The notes: a model not told the origin generated them from the sequence alone. DNA of 64,000 nt from Flectonema sp. DT1601 (GCA_964019425.1 OZ025785.1:558001-622000), one strand, 5' to 3'. Numbered from the stretch's first letter, positions 10,195 to 23,836 are shown. Program-made: numbers and translations.

Positions 10195-11718
10195 ATGTCG
10201 GTTGAGTCAGCGCTTCAGCATCGATCGGGAGTGTCGAAGTTAGATCCGATTGAGTTCGGTGTGGAGAGTCCTCTCAGTACGTCAAGTGATCGACGAAGCG
10301 GATTACCCGCCGCTCATCATTTAGCAAAGTTCGAATGGTTGCTTGGTAATAATTATTTATCAGATGTTAATATTGTTTGTGGAATCAACAAAAGTGATGA
10401 AATAATCATCCCAGGACACAAAGTAGTACTGGCAACACACAGTCCTGCCTTCAGAGCTATGTTCACTGATGGTTGGGAAGAGGCTCAAGCGAATGAAATA
10501 AGCATGCACTATACTACAGAAACATGCAGAGTAATTTTATCATTTATATACACATGTGATGTTGTGTTGACATTGGACACAGCACTTGATGTGTTAGAAG
10601 CCTCTATATTCTATGAACTGGATTACTTGAGAGAAGCTACTGTGAAATTTCTTCGTAACCGAGTTGGTCGTAAAACTGTTTTCCCATATTTGTTGGCTGC
10701 TTTACAGCATAATCTACGTTCATTAAAGCAACATTGTCTTGCTTTTGTGAGACAATCAAACTTAATGTCTGAAGCACTCTATTCTGATGAATTGTTAAGA
10801 ATGTCAAAGGAACTCCTTCTGCTATTGGTCGAAGAAACTGTGATCGATTCTGATATCAATATTCTTAGACAAGTTCATAGTTGGTGCTGTGAGAATAAAA
10901 CTGCTGAAGAGACGTTAGACGGCATCTTAGCTGAGTTTTTACCTTTTATAAATTTAACGAAAATGACGAAATCGGAAATCGAATCGATCGAGAGTCTGAA
11001 AATTATTTCAATTGAAACTTTGTATGGAGTTTTTAAAAACAAAGTTTTAGGACATCAAGACTCAACGTTTGCTAGACGAGGAGCAATCCATCTTCGATGG
11101 GATGATGGAAATTGCAAAGACATCATAAACTCTGATTCAGAAAATCACATCAAAAAAGCAACAAAAGAAGAATGGGAAGTCGTAGTGGCATTAAATAAGT
11201 TTTCACAAGGAAATCATTATTGGGTTTATGTGATCCACTTGATGAAAAATCCGCATGATTCTCTTGTTGGAGTGTCTAAGTGTAGGACACCTATTCAGGG
11301 CGATCCCAGTCATAATAGTGATAAAAATGTGTTTTACTACGAGCCTTACATTAATGAATTTAACGTACCGATCGGTTGTGTTGCTAAGAAGGAATGTGAG
11401 AGTGATAATTGGCTTCATGATACTGATACTAACATCGGATTTCAAGTTAATTTTGAAGAAAATAAAATATCGATTTTTCACCACAATACGCGAACTCTTT
11501 TATGGACTGCCAGTGGGGAAGGTGGAGCATTGCCTTCTCCTCTGTATCCTTATGCTGCGATCTTTAGTCCAAAGAATGGAGGAGTTACTTTGTCAGACAC
11601 TACGACTTATCATTCTGATCGAAGTAGTTTTACAGGACAATGTGGTAGTTGTGGATTGAAATCTCCTTCAATAAATAGATCCCCTACGTCACCTCAGCCG
11701 CGATCATCTGAGTCGTAG
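10195..11718 (+). CDS. BTB/POZ-BACK protein with C-terminal SPRY/B30.2-like domain
   Basis: LSDVNIV..IPGHKVVLATHSPAFRAMF..ILSFIYT is BTB; FSQGNHYW..LVGV..IGFQVNFEENKISIF..LYPYAAI is SPRY-like. Confidence 0.85.
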   Translation: MSVESALQHRSGVSKLDPIEFGVESPLSTSSDRRSGLPAAHHLAKFEWLLGNNYLSDVNIVCGINKSDEIIIPGHKVVLATHSPAFRAMFTDGWEEAQANEISMHYTTETCRVILSFIYTCDVVLTLDTALDVLEASIFYELDYLREATVKFLRNRVGRKTVFPYLLAALQHNLRSLKQHCLAFVRQSNLMSEALYSDELLRMSKELLLLLVEETVIDSDINILRQVHSWCCENKTAEETLDGILAEFLPFINLTKMTKSEIESIESLKIISIETLYGVFKNKVLGHQDSTFARRGAIHLRWDDGNCKDIINSDSENHIKKATKEEWEVVVALNKFSQGNHYWVYVIHLMKNPHDSLVGVSKCRTPIQGDPSHNSDKNVFYYEPYINEFNVPIGCVAKKECESDNWLHDTDTNIGFQVNFEENKISIFHHNTRTLLWTASGEGGALPSPLYPYAAIFSPKNGGVTLSDTTTYHSDRSSFTGQCGSCGLKSPSINRSPTSPQPRSSES

Positions 11719-12044
11719 TTTTTTTTTTATTTTGGTAATTTTTTATTATAGCAATTACACCCATCCAGAATGTATTTTTTTTTATTTACTTTTCCAAGAA
11801 ATAAGAGCATTCTGTTTTTATTGTACACCACAAAAAAAAAAAAAAAAAAAAATCAATAATAATTAAGTGTCTAGCCTGATTACAACTTTCTCTTTGTTTT
11901 GTTTCTTGTTTTTTTTTTTTTTTAAACCTCTTTTATGTTTTATTCACACACCAGGAATCACGGGAGGGGGGGGCAGAGGGGGAGTATTTCTGCCCTACTA
12001 AATCAAAAAAAATAAAATAAAAATAAAAATATAATCATTGACAG

Positions 12045-15000
12045 ATGGAAGGTGACAGTTTTAGCAGTGTCAGTGAGCTTCCAATGGAAGATCGTATCGC
12101 GTATTCCCCCAGGAACTCAACTGTGAGTAGTATAAGTGAGTTGAGGGAAACCATTCCTGGTGTTCAAATGGACGATGTTTTATCACCAAACTCAAGTGAA
12201 GATGATAGAATAGTTCAACAGATACGAGTCTCAAGTAAATCTACGGATGTTGCTTTAGACACTGATAACATCCCATCACAGATATCTAAACAATCGACAT
12301 CTGAGTCTTACAGTTCTGAACTAATAAACCTACGAAGCTCTGAATCACCATTCAGTCATTCAATAGGTCCTTCAGAATCAGTCACAGAATCACCACAACG
12401 GATAATAACCGATAACAACATAACACTACGCCACTCTAACGGTAACACGAAAGGAGAAGACATGTTAAATCCGTTAGTTGAAACACCAGAATACAATTCA
12501 GGTACGAGTACCACCATTGCATGTGTTTCCATGGCAATGCTTCGTCTAAATGAAATCCCAAATGGAAACTATTATTGTGATATCACTATCAACGATGTCA
12601 GTAGAAAAACAGAAATAAATTCATCAGTGAATTGGTTGACTGAAGAAGATGCTTTGAGATTTAATATTCAAAAAGAAGGATGTGATGTACCTGTTACTGT
12701 TGTTGTTTATAATGGTCAAAAAAAGATGTGGAAATCATCAATGAGTCAGACAATAGAAATAAGTTCCACCAACAACACTATCGCAATTCCGATGACTGGT
12801 GTTTCGTCTGAGTTATCTACAGAGCTTCTCATTAGAGTTTGTTGCGTTGATGTGAAAGAATTTCATAACAAAGCTTTGCAACATCGATCTCCAGACCAAA
12901 GCTATTTTCATTTAACATTCGTATCTCTTAACAATGTCGATAACGATTCTGATTTCGAACTGAGGATGTCCATACCAAAAGTTATTAATAAGAATAATTC
13001 AATTTCACTAAAATCATCTGAATTCACGACCCAACAAATAAGACTTAAAAACAAGATTGAAGACTGTAATCTACAATTATGGAACAAAGATACAATGATC
13101 GCAACAAGATGGATTGAAGTAGGCGTATCAATCAAAGACACCGTTGGAAAGTGTACTTCTTATGAACTGAACTGGATTAGGAGTTCAGAACAACCACTTC
13201 CAGTTATTAATATCATCTGGTCGTTATCATCTAATGGAGAGCTTGTTGAGAAAATTGTTAGTAAAGTAGCGAAGTCAATTCCGATACGACCGTTCGTTTA
13301 TAATATTATTCTCTTGAGACCAACAGTAGATGAGTGCACGACTCTTAGCAACAAACCAATTGTACTGAACACTGAACTACGACTGTCTGTTGAGGGACAA
13401 TTACTTTCAACTTCTGGTCCAATCACCATTAACCAACAATCAAATTCACTGACTCCACACTATATTTGTTTTAGTGGAACTTGTAGTGGTGGTCATGACG
13501 TTATTTTAGATGTTGTTGTTGATCGAAAGGTCGCGGTTTCAATTCCGATTGGGGATGATTTTTTACAATCACACAAGACTCCTACTTGGATTGAATTATT
13601 TCCTTCTAAAGGTTCGAATCCGGGGATGTCAGCTCAGCTTTATTTTTATAATATCAGCGACAACGACGATGTAAAAATCACAAAATCCAAAACTCTTCGA
13701 ATCGAACGATGCCATTGCACTAAGAATATAAACGTCGCAGGGTATGAAATGTGTCATAGTCCAGCAGCTAGCATATCAGTAGAAGTTTATCAGAGATCGT
13801 CTAGTGGGATTATTGAGACGGGGTATGACAACGCTGTCACCGTAACAGATCAAGTTTGTTTTACTAGCTCACCAATCTTCATGTGGGAATATAATTTTGA
13901 AAATAATCAACAAAACTTGATACTAAAATTGGTAATAAACAACGAAACAGTTGCTTGGAGAGAAATCTTCTGTGAAACTGGGACCGTTGACGAGATGATG
14001 GAATTAGATTGGTGGTCAGAAAACAATGAGAATTTCATAGGAACAGTGCAGTGTTCGTACTTCCAAAGTGTTACTTCCAACGATGATATTCCAATAAGTG
14101 AAAATGGATTATTTATCGACGTGATTGAAATTATGAATATAAGTGGCATTCCCTCCAACGTCATTCGACCCATGTTATTTATATACGCAGTGTCAGAGTT
14201 ATCGATGGAATTATGCTATCAGGAAGAACTCCTCATTCTCAGTGATGGAACTTTTAATATGTTAAAATTAGCTTTTTCATCTGAAATGAAAAATCAAAAA
14301 TACATGATGCAACTAACAGATGATGCGACGTGTGTTTCACTCGGAATGACATCGTTCTATTCGGGTTTGTCAATTTTTGATGTTAAAAAATTTTTTAAAC
14401 CAAGAAAACTACGGGATGGTCATTGGAATACCGAAGATCTGAACTACATTAATAAATACGGTAATGGTGTCGTTCCTTCTGTTCGTTTCAAATCTTTTCA
14501 AGAAAAGGATGTGAAAGTCGATAATAAAATAGTCATTCTACCGAATAAACGGCATCAAAACATCTCACACGACATTAGTAAATATCTACTCATCGACGGA
14601 GCTGTCATCAGACTAAATCAAGAGTTCAACTCTCCACTAAGAATAACAATAACACAACTTCCTGTTGTTATTGATGACAATGACTCCGACAACACTCGAA
14701 TTGTTTCGTTTTGTCAATCACATTTGTTAAATACGCCATGTTCAATTCCGTCTTTTAAAGTCTACTTAACATCTGAAAGAACAACAACATTACAAATAAC
14801 TATAAAAAATAAATTAACTGACGTTGTTTTATCCACATCGAAAATAGTTATTTCTCATTGTCTGTTGGAAAGCAGTTCTGATGGTGAAGCTATTTTGTTT
14901 TGTGATGTACCCGTGAAGATGATATTAAATTGGAGAATAAAATCAACAGCGACTGGATCATGTCAGATTCAAATAACAGATTGGAATACTGATGATAAAA

Positions 15001-18000
15001 AAATATTAAAAAATCCTGTTTTAAAGATTGGAGTAGTGTCGGATTCTCCTGAGAGTAGTTACTACAAAAGATGGGTGACGACACCACCGAATAAATGGCG
15101 TGATGTTAATCACGATGAGCAGTCTTTTAATATTCTTTGTTTTGATTCGATTTCGTCATCTGTTTCTTCTAATCTTGTTTTCTATGATTTCGAAACACGA
15201 CCAGAACTGTGGATGTCTCTTTGGAATGGACAGGAATTGTTGGGAATACAACGTTCTGTTGACTTCATTCACATTTCCATGATTGAAAAAAATTCTCAAA
15301 TAAAATTTTCATCAAATAATTCGAAACCTTCAACTTGTTCATTAGCTATAAACATGGACAATGGATGTCAAAGTTTATCAAATTACAGATTTCGAAATAT
15401 CACTGACAGACGACTCTCAAAAGTCGCTTCTGCAATCAAACTAATGCACAACAACATTCACAGAGAGACTCTCATAGTTGATGGAGGCACCGGAATAGGT
15501 CCTGGAAAGACACAGCTACTCGCGATTGTAAAGTTTAAAATAAGTGATAATCGTTTAAAGAAAATTGGGATATCAAATTCAAAAGCTCCAAACATCCAAG
15601 GCTATATTGAGATAGATGGAGGGTCTTACCAGCTTCAACAGCAAACTCATTGTCTTGAAAATTTAACAATAATAATGTACAAAGAAATGACCTTGGACAT
15701 CAAAGGAAATGAAATCTCACTGGTGATCTCGACAGATACTGATATTGTTATTGACACGGTTGGTGTTTGGTGTGAAATTCAAAATCATGATCAAAGTGAC
15801 AAATCAACTGAATTAAACATGTATTTGAATGTCGTTAAGGGAATAAACTTTGATAAACACACGTTTGATATGTCGCTATCATCTCTCTCTATTAATCTCA
15901 TCCAGTCTGTTGATGGAAAGGAGTCAATAATTGGATCAACAAGGATTATAAAAGAATCACCTGATCCAGCATGGCAATGTCTGTTTTTATGTTCTTGTAT
16001 TCCTGACATCGGATCAAACAAGTCGATCTCACTTAGTAATTTTCAACTTGAACTCTGCAACTCTGAAACTGTCATAGGAAGAAGTGCAATGCTGTCTTCT
16101 CTTCAAAAATCTCTTGTGAATTCTAAGACATCGTCGCCGTCTCTTTTAATGCACAGATCAGAAGCATTGATTGACATTTATCAATCACCGTCTGCTGTAA
16201 TTCAAGGTAGTAGTGCTGTTGGAGGGGTGTTGGGTTCGGTTCTCGTTGATTGCAATTTTTCATTTCCGAAAATTGGTGCAGAGCATAACGGTTGTGTGTC
16301 ATCTCATGTTTCAGATATCGCAAGAGAGTTCATAGATCCTTCAATCGTATTTCAGTGTGTGCTTCATTCTGAATTAGTTCAAAGTAATAATCCATCAGAA
16401 ACAACCACCACCAACACCTCAAGCACATCACATGCTGTTACTGTCTCACTACCTCATAGAAGTGGTGGTAAGGATAGAATTATAACAATCGGAGGATCCA
16501 CTAAAAACGGAGTTTTCAACACGTCTGTTTCAGAACTGGATCTCAGTACTGATACCTGTAAAGATCTAGCATTGGTTTCAGAAAATGGTCAAAAATCAAT
16601 TTTTGACGGGAGGATTTTTCACACGGCGATTGCAATAAACGGAGCGATTGTAGTTCATGGGGGATATGGTCCTGGTGGGTATTTCTGTGGAGAGAATCCG
16701 GTTCTGAGAGGAAAACGAAAACAAAAACAATCTCAAGCAATCAATCACAATTCTAAAACTGTTACTAAAATATACGAACCAAGACCACCTCATCAAACAG
16801 ACACAAGAAGTGATCACTCACTCGATCACAACAAGAATCGAATGCACAATTCTCAATGCGGATACTTCTTAAATACAATAATCGTAAACATCAGTCCAAC
16901 TTCTAATAATTTCACTTCCTGGGAAGTTCAAACCACCCAATCTTCAGCTGAAACATATCGAGCTGATCACACAGCGATTCATTGCGGATCTAAAATGTTG
17001 GTTTTTGGTGGATTCGAACTCTTGGAAAGACGAGTCACCCTTCCTGGAAGACCATCACTGTCACATGTATTAGAAAAGAGAAGAAACGACATCGCTTATT
17101 TGGACTTCGTATCAAATAAATGGAAGAGAATTAAACCAACTGGAGGAGTTATCCCGGAAGCTTTATCTGGACATGGAGCAGTGAAGTATGGGAAGAAGAT
17201 GTGGATCTTTGGAGGAACAATAGATGCCTTGCCTGACAACACTGAAACTGATCATAATAATAATAATAATAATATGAATAGAGAACAAACAACAGAGAAT
17301 CTAATTTATGAATCAAGTGACGAGGAGCTACTCAGTTCTGATGACACTCAGCGAGCTGGATTTCTATCTCCGAGAACCCGTCGAAGACAACGACGTTCAT
17401 CACAATCAAAACTAAATTCTAATCATATCGAACATGGTGTTCGATATGTCAATTCTCTCTACTCTTTTGACCTCTCAACCAAGAGTTGGGAAGTTGTCAC
17501 TCCCAGGGGTGATATTCCTCTCCCAAGAGAACATCACAGCACTTCTCTCTTTGATAATCAGATGTTTATTTATGGAGGAAAGACAACAGGTCGATATCTT
17601 AATTCATGTTTTCGACTCGTATTCGATTTAGCTGAGAGTTCATCATCAGGATTTTGGAGAAAAGTTTCATTTTTTGAATGTGTTCCTCCAGCCCCTCGTA
17701 TCAACCCAACAACAGTGATGTGTCTACCCAAGATGAAACAAGGAGTTGGTAAGATAAGAAGTCAGCCACGGTTGGTCTTAATGGGAGGAACAGAGCCCTC
17801 TTCTACTTCATTTCATTCAGAAACGAAAGGATCATTTTCAGTTCCTACAAGTGGATATACCTGTTGTATATCATCACTTGTGTTTACAACTTCGTCAAAT
17901 AATTTGGAAAGATTTCTTGTATCCAGCAAGACTAGAGAGTGTGTTTTTTTTGTTTTTCCGTTATCGTTGTTTCAAAATTAGAAAAAGAAAATAATAAAAA

Positions 18001-18775
18001 AAAATAAAACAGACGAGGGAAGACAAGAAGACAACAATACGAACCCAAACAACATCCAAATACTAAAAGAAAAGCAACTTATTCGGTATGTGTTTTACTT
18101 GTTTATGTGGGACACCCATGATTTCTATGTTCTGTCTGAGATTCTCAGAGGGAAAAAAAAAAACAAAAAAAAAAAAAAAAAAAACAGGCAGGAGAAATGA
18201 AAAAAATCACCTCTCGACTGTTTGGAAGAAATCAACGAACCCAATCACAATGGAAAGGAGCCTCCAGTAAGAATGGTGTTTCTAATTGTTTTACTGATGA
18301 AAAATTAACCGGAACTGAAATAAAATTGTTAACACAAAGATTATACTACAGACCATTAAGTAGAAAATTAGCTCGCAGAGAAGAAGCAGAGGCAGAAACT
18401 ACAATCGCGTTACGTAAAAAGAAGACAATAAAGCCTCCCAGAGAGAGTAGCTGTGAGCTCGCTGTCAGAGATCCTCCTACTGAGAGGAGGTCTAGACTTT
18501 TGTATGCTCATCGAAAGAGATCTGTCACTGTCTCACCTTCAACAAATCAACGAGAACCACCTCTAAGTTCTACTGACATTAAAAGAATAAACAGCCGACT
18601 GTATTACAAAGCGTTACATAAAATAGAAGAAAACGCAACGAAATTGTATGAAAAACTGTTCCCAGTTGGAAGCAACGGAGTTGAATGTCGAACTAGACAA
18701 CAGATGATTGACACAGTTGAGAGGCTTCATAATAAAAAAACATCGATCAAAGCACCATCGACATCGGTTTCTTAA
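12045..18775 (+). CDS. Large Kelch-repeat protein with C2-like segments and C-terminal RLY-type repeats (exons 12045-17938, 18013-18085, 18188-18775)
   Basis: Kelch motifs RIFHTA..VHGG, RADHTA..VFGG, LSGHGA..IFGG, REHHST..IYGG. Two GT-AG introns join the 1978-aa ORF in frame to ORF 18197-18775 through a stop-free 73-nt exon. Confidence 0.75.
17939..18012 (+). other. GT-AG intron
   Basis: GTGTGTTTTTTTTG..AAAATAAAACAG; phase 2, in frame. Confidence 0.7.
18086..18187 (+). other. GT-AG intron
   Basis: GTATGT..(A)nCAG; phase 0, in frame with 18197. Confidence 0.75.
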
Positions 18776-19168
18776 ATTATTTATTTATTCAATTTTTTTT
18801 TTTTTTTTTTTTTTTAAATTATTGCACTCGAAAGAGATTGCCTCCAACTACCTCCCTTTTAACCATATTTACACTTTTTTTTTTTCGGGAAAATGACGCT
18901 TTTCATGTACACCTGTCTTGACCGAAAACATTAATTTTTTATGTAACCCTTCAATGTCATTTTAGTAGTGTGTGTTTTTTTTTTTTTTTTTTTTTTTTTT
19001 TTGCATTCTTAACAAAGTATTGTAAGAACGAAAAAAGAATGTTGGCAGCACACGTAAACCTCCTTTAGCTTTATCAGTTTAAGTCGGTTCACGGGGGTTT
19101 CATGACACAAACAAAACATCACAGTTGTTATATTATTATTTTCTGTATAGTTTTAAGACAAAGCCAAT

Positions 19169-19199
<31 letters not shown>

Positions 19200-19607
19200 G
19201 TTAACAAAGTCTGTTCTATTTAAAATTGTTGTTTTTTGTTGTGGTACTTTATTTTTAAACTAAACAAAAACCTTTAAAAAGTTCAAATTGAAGGTTCTTT
19301 TTTTTTAGATAAAAAAAAAAAAAAAAAACCATCAATTTTCTTTCAATAACCCTTGGTAGTATCATTTTGTTACTTAAACAGATGCTCTTATTTCAGTAGT
19401 AATGGCTGTGGCTGTGTTACGTATTTATTTTTTTCTTTCTTCTCTCTCTCTCTGATCCTTTTTTTTTTTTAATCTGTTGCCTCATCCCAGATTTATCAGC
19501 CGTCTTTTATCTGTTTTAATAAAAGTTGTAATCTTTTTTCAAAAATTATTCAAGAAAAAAAGTTTCTTTTTATTAAAATTTATTTTAAATCTCTATTCAG
19601 GTGAACG

Positions 19608-20576
19608 ATGGAAGGGGGAGGACTATTGTCGCAGCTGTATACTTCTCCGCGATGCTTTACATCACCACCACCGACAGCAGCGATTGAAATGAAGGATTTA
19701 ACTGAAGCTCAGCAGACTGGTAGTGACATCGAGTTAGAAGAAGTAACTGATCACGGAATTATTGGTAAAAAAGAAAGTTTTAAACAAGGATTGAATAGCT
19801 TAAAACCACCACTAAGTGTGAGACCTACCTCGAGTACGGGGTCACCGGGTTTGGCTGGAAAATTATCGAGACCGTCTTCGAGTATAGGATCGCCTGCATA
19901 TTCAAAAAGAAGTCATAAAAACGCTCATGTTAATACTGGTGTTGATGCTCTACCTGTTGTTGGACTTGATACTCGATCTGTTCACTTATCAATGATATTA
20001 TTTATTCAAATTATGACTGGTGTTCTTTGTTATGCTTCATGGTTTCGTCATCAGGAAACTGAACTAGGAAAGAGATCCGTCAACGCATACATTGCTATTA
20101 TAGTAATTGGGTTAATAGTTTATTTCGGAGTCGTGTACGGATTACTGCTAAAAACTCTCTCAGCTCACACCTCTTTACTATCCCGCCGTGACATTCGTCA
20201 CATGAGATATACTGCTGTGGTGTTGCAATGGCTTTGCCATGATCTTCCGATCTTCGTTGTAGAATTTGATGCTTTTCTATCACTCGGTTTGGTTGATTTT
20301 TTTCAAGCTCTATCTCTCATTGCCACTTCAGCATGTGTGATATTCCCACCTTGGTATATATATTTAAGACTCACTACTGATTATTTAGCAGTGGTATTCG
20401 GACCTCTACGAAAAGAAGGAGGACCACCAGAGAATCAACAACTCATCCCAAGACCAGTCACAGCTCTCGGTAGTGTTTATCCTGCTAGTAGGAATATCGA
20501 TGAATTGTCAAGGTTGCCTGAATCTCCTTTTATATCAACGATGACTACACCACAGGATCCTCAAGTCATTACTTAG
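19608..20576 (+). CDS. Hypothetical polytopic membrane protein (~4 TM helices, disordered termini)
   Basis: 322-aa ORF with four hydrophobic segments in the central part. Confidence 0.7.
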   Translation: MEGGGLLSQLYTSPRCFTSPPPTAAIEMKDLTEAQQTGSDIELEEVTDHGIIGKKESFKQGLNSLKPPLSVRPTSSTGSPGLAGKLSRPSSSIGSPAYSKRSHKNAHVNTGVDALPVVGLDTRSVHLSMILFIQIMTGVLCYASWFRHQETELGKRSVNAYIAIIVIGLIVYFGVVYGLLLKTLSAHTSLLSRRDIRHMRYTAVVLQWLCHDLPIFVVEFDAFLSLGLVDFFQALSLIATSACVIFPPWYIYLRLTTDYLAVVFGPLRKEGGPPENQQLIPRPVTALGSVYPASRNIDELSRLPESPFISTMTTPQDPQVIT

Positions 20577-21466
20577 ACTCTGTGTACTAAGAAGGAACAA
20601 ATCAGATTAAAATAGGAAATCGGAGCCTTACGCCAATACAAGTACGAGTCTAGTACACAATGGCGTTGCAGCAACTCGACGATGATGAGTTTTGTCAAAA
20701 TGCACAGTTATTATTATTTGTTGAGGTTTTTTTTTTTCTTTCTTATTTCATTGTTTTTTATTATATTTAGTATAGAATTGTTATGTGTTGATTGGTTTAT
20801 TTTATTTTATTTTATTTATTTCTTTTATATGCACTCTCTCTGCTCTCCTATGGAAGTCTTATCCTTTATGACATCCCACGTGAGCCTAGGCTAAATTCTC
20901 TTATTTCTGTGAGACATTCCCAGCAACGTTTTTTTTTTTTTTTTTTTTTGATATAGAAGTTATACTCATAGATAATAAACAAATTATTTCGTTTTTTTTA
21001 TATTTTTTTTTTATTGTACCTTCAAAAACCCATTGTTTGGTAGAAAGAGAAATGACAGCGTAGCTAACCCTATTTGCTTTTATTTTAGGATATAATCGGT
21101 TTTATGCATCACAAAACAAAAACAAAAAAGTGTGAAATTAAAAAAAAAATATAAAACAATGACGTCGGTTGATACCATCCAACTATTAGAATCTCAGTTT
21201 TTTTTTTTGTTTAAGTTGTTCTGTCTTTCTGTCTGTCTCGACTCACTTCTGGTCGTCTTTTATTTTGATGGCAAAGCAGAACCTTTTTTTGTGTAAGTCA
21301 TTTGGAGTAGAGATATTATTACTGACCGAAAGATTTGGTAATCGATATCTCCATGTTGTCCTTCAACACGTTACTTTCAGGTACGCCATTAGTTTCATTG
21401 ATTGTTCTCAACATTTATTGTCTATTTCACAATCAGGTTATTATCGAAAACTACTAAACTAAGATT

Positions 21467-23836
21467 ATGAGATCTTCGGGTCTTTTATTCGCCGTGATGG
21501 CGATGTCAGCGGTGGCAGAAGGACAGCAGATGTGGAACTCGATCAACTGCCCGGTATCGGGAAACAGCTGCTCGTACACCAACGACAAACAGGTCGATGA
21601 AGCTGTGACGCTCTTCTTCCAGGCGGAACAGCAGTCTGGAGTTGCGTCATTGTCGTGCACTGTTGGGAACGCTGTGACTTGCTACCGGTCGTACCCAAGT
21701 TCAGACACCGGAAGCTCTGGAAGTTGCTTCTTCGTCCTTCCGGCTGGCGCTGAGATGAGCTGCGATGTGCAGGGAACCGTGAATGTGATCGGAAGCCACG
21801 TTTCGCCACTGAAGGGGGCTCTGTTGGACAGCAACACGAAGACTATTCAGTGCAACAACGGAGACTGCAGCTACAAGAACTCCGGCAGTTCTGACCTTTG
21901 GGTGGCCCAGCGCATGGCACCTCGCGGGAACGGTGTGAACGAGTTCAGCTGCAAGTACAACAACATGGAAGTCTGTGCCTACGCTGTGAACGGAACCCAG
22001 GGAGGGTACTCCTGCAACTTCATCCTTCCTGCGGGAGGTGATCTGAAGTGCTCTTCGGTGAGCGGTTCATTCGACGGATCGTCGTCGGCATTCTCATTCA
22101 AAAAGAATGTTTTGCAGTTGGAGTCGCAGAATGTTCCGATGAAGTGCCCAAACGTGACCTACCCGAAGCCAAACATGTGCGACTGCGCGTACACCAACGA
22201 CAGACAAAACGACTTGGTGATCTCGATCGTGTCGTCGAGCACCAACGAAGACTACAACGCGTTCCACTGCTACTACGGAGGAGCGAACGTGTGCTCGTGG
22301 GGATCAAACCGCAACGACAGGGGAAACAGAGGAGGATGTTACTTCATTCTTGCTGCCGGACAGGAGTTCACCTGCGCAATGCAGTGGGGAGCGGCCTCGT
22401 TCTCGGTGACTGTGGCCAAGCAGTTGGAGGAGTCCTTGTGGGCTACTTCTCTGGAGTCGGCAAAGACCAGCGCAGCTAAGCTCGTTCTTCCAGTGCGTGC
22501 GGCACCTCTCGAGGAGCCAGTTGACAAGTCGAAGAGCTTGACTGAGCACCGTGAACTGTTCGCGAAGTGGATGGTTCAGTACAAGAAGACCTACGCCTCG
22601 AAGGCCGAAGAGCAGACTCGTTTCAACAACTTCCGCAGACACTTGAACCTGTTCTACTCGCAGGGGGGAAGTGGACTTCCAAACAACCTCGCTGACTGGT
22701 CAAAGGGTGAGTTCGAAACCCACTTGAGAGACTGCGCTCACCCAACCACCGGAGATCTTCCAGACGCCCCTGCGGAGAGAATGATCACCGAGGAAGACAT
22801 CCGCAACATGCCAACATCGGTTGACTGGAGAACCAAGGGAGTTGTTACCCCAGTTAAGGATCAGGGACAGTGTGGATCATGCTGGTCTTTCTCAACCACC
22901 GGAGTAACTGAGTCTGCGTGGGCGATCGCCGGAAACAACTTGCAAAGTCTGTCGGAGCAGAAGCTTGTGAGCTGCGACACCGGATCGGATGGATGCGGTG
23001 GAGGATGGCCGTACCAGGCGATCCAGTGGACTGCTGACAACGGAGCGGACACCGAAGCGTCGTACCCATACGTTTCCGGAACCGGAAATGTTCCTGCTTG
23101 CCACGCCGGGAGCCCAGCTGAAGTAAAGGTGACCGGATTCTACAACGTGAACAGAACCGAAGAAGCGATGGCAGCAGCTGTTGCGAAGTACGGACCTGTG
23201 TCGATTGCCCTGGACGCGATGACCCAGATCTGGTGGCCATACAAGGGAGGAATTGTAAGCAACTGCTGTAACAAGCAAGCCGACCACGCTGTTCTCATCG
23301 TCGGGTACGGTATCGACAACGGACAGAAGTACTGGTTGATTAAGAACTCTTGGAACGCACAGTGGGGAGAGAACGGTTACATCAGACTGGAGAGAGGAAG
23401 TGACCAGTGCGGTATTACTTCTGCTCCTGTTCAGGCACTTGTCCAGGGAGGAGTCACCCCGCCACCAAGACCACCACCATCGTCTGCTTGCCCTCCAGAG
23501 ACCACCACCACTGTCGTTGGAGAGAAGCACACCTGCACCTGGACCAACAACACGAAGGGAATCAAGCTTCCACCTGTTTCCTCTCAGCTCCAGGAGTACT
23601 GTGACTACTTCTCGAAGGGAGGATACTTCGGATACTCTTGGGACGTGTCAGGAGCCAGTCACTTCGACTACCCGTGTCCACCACACTCGCGTTACGGAGG
23701 ATCTGCTGGAAACACTGGATTCTGTACTTTCCAGAACGGATCCGACCCAAGCACCGGTGTCTACGTTCCAACCGGTGGAACTGTTGACTGCAGCAAGTTG
23801 GCTCAGGGAACTTTTTCATACACTTTCACTAATTAG
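21467..23836 (+). CDS. Papain-family (C1A, cathepsin L-like) cysteine protease with signal peptide, triplicated N-terminal domain, I29 propeptide and C-terminal extension
   Basis: DWRTKGVVTPVKDQGQCGSCWSF (catalytic Cys), DHAVLIVGYG (His), YWLIKNSW (Asn); I29-like FAKWMVQYKKTY..RFNNF..NNLADWS. Confidence 0.95.
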   Translation: MRSSGLLFAVMAMSAVAEGQQMWNSINCPVSGNSCSYTNDKQVDEAVTLFFQAEQQSGVASLSCTVGNAVTCYRSYPSSDTGSSGSCFFVLPAGAEMSCDVQGTVNVIGSHVSPLKGALLDSNTKTIQCNNGDCSYKNSGSSDLWVAQRMAPRGNGVNEFSCKYNNMEVCAYAVNGTQGGYSCNFILPAGGDLKCSSVSGSFDGSSSAFSFKKNVLQLESQNVPMKCPNVTYPKPNMCDCAYTNDRQNDLVISIVSSSTNEDYNAFHCYYGGANVCSWGSNRNDRGNRGGCYFILAAGQEFTCAMQWGAASFSVTVAKQLEESLWATSLESAKTSAAKLVLPVRAAPLEEPVDKSKSLTEHRELFAKWMVQYKKTYASKAEEQTRFNNFRRHLNLFYSQGGSGLPNNLADWSKGEFETHLRDCAHPTTGDLPDAPAERMITEEDIRNMPTSVDWRTKGVVTPVKDQGQCGSCWSFSTTGVTESAWAIAGNNLQSLSEQKLVSCDTGSDGCGGGWPYQAIQWTADNGADTEASYPYVSGTGNVPACHAGSPAEVKVTGFYNVNRTEEAMAAAVAKYGPVSIALDAMTQIWWPYKGGIVSNCCNKQADHAVLIVGYGIDNGQKYWLIKNSWNAQWGENGYIRLERGSDQCGITSAPVQALVQGGVTPPPRPPPSSACPPETTTTVVGEKHTCTWTNNTKGIKLPPVSSQLQEYCDYFSKGGYFGYSWDVSGASHFDYPCPPHSRYGGSAGNTGFCTFQNGSDPSTGVYVPTGGTVDCSKLAQGTFSYTFTN

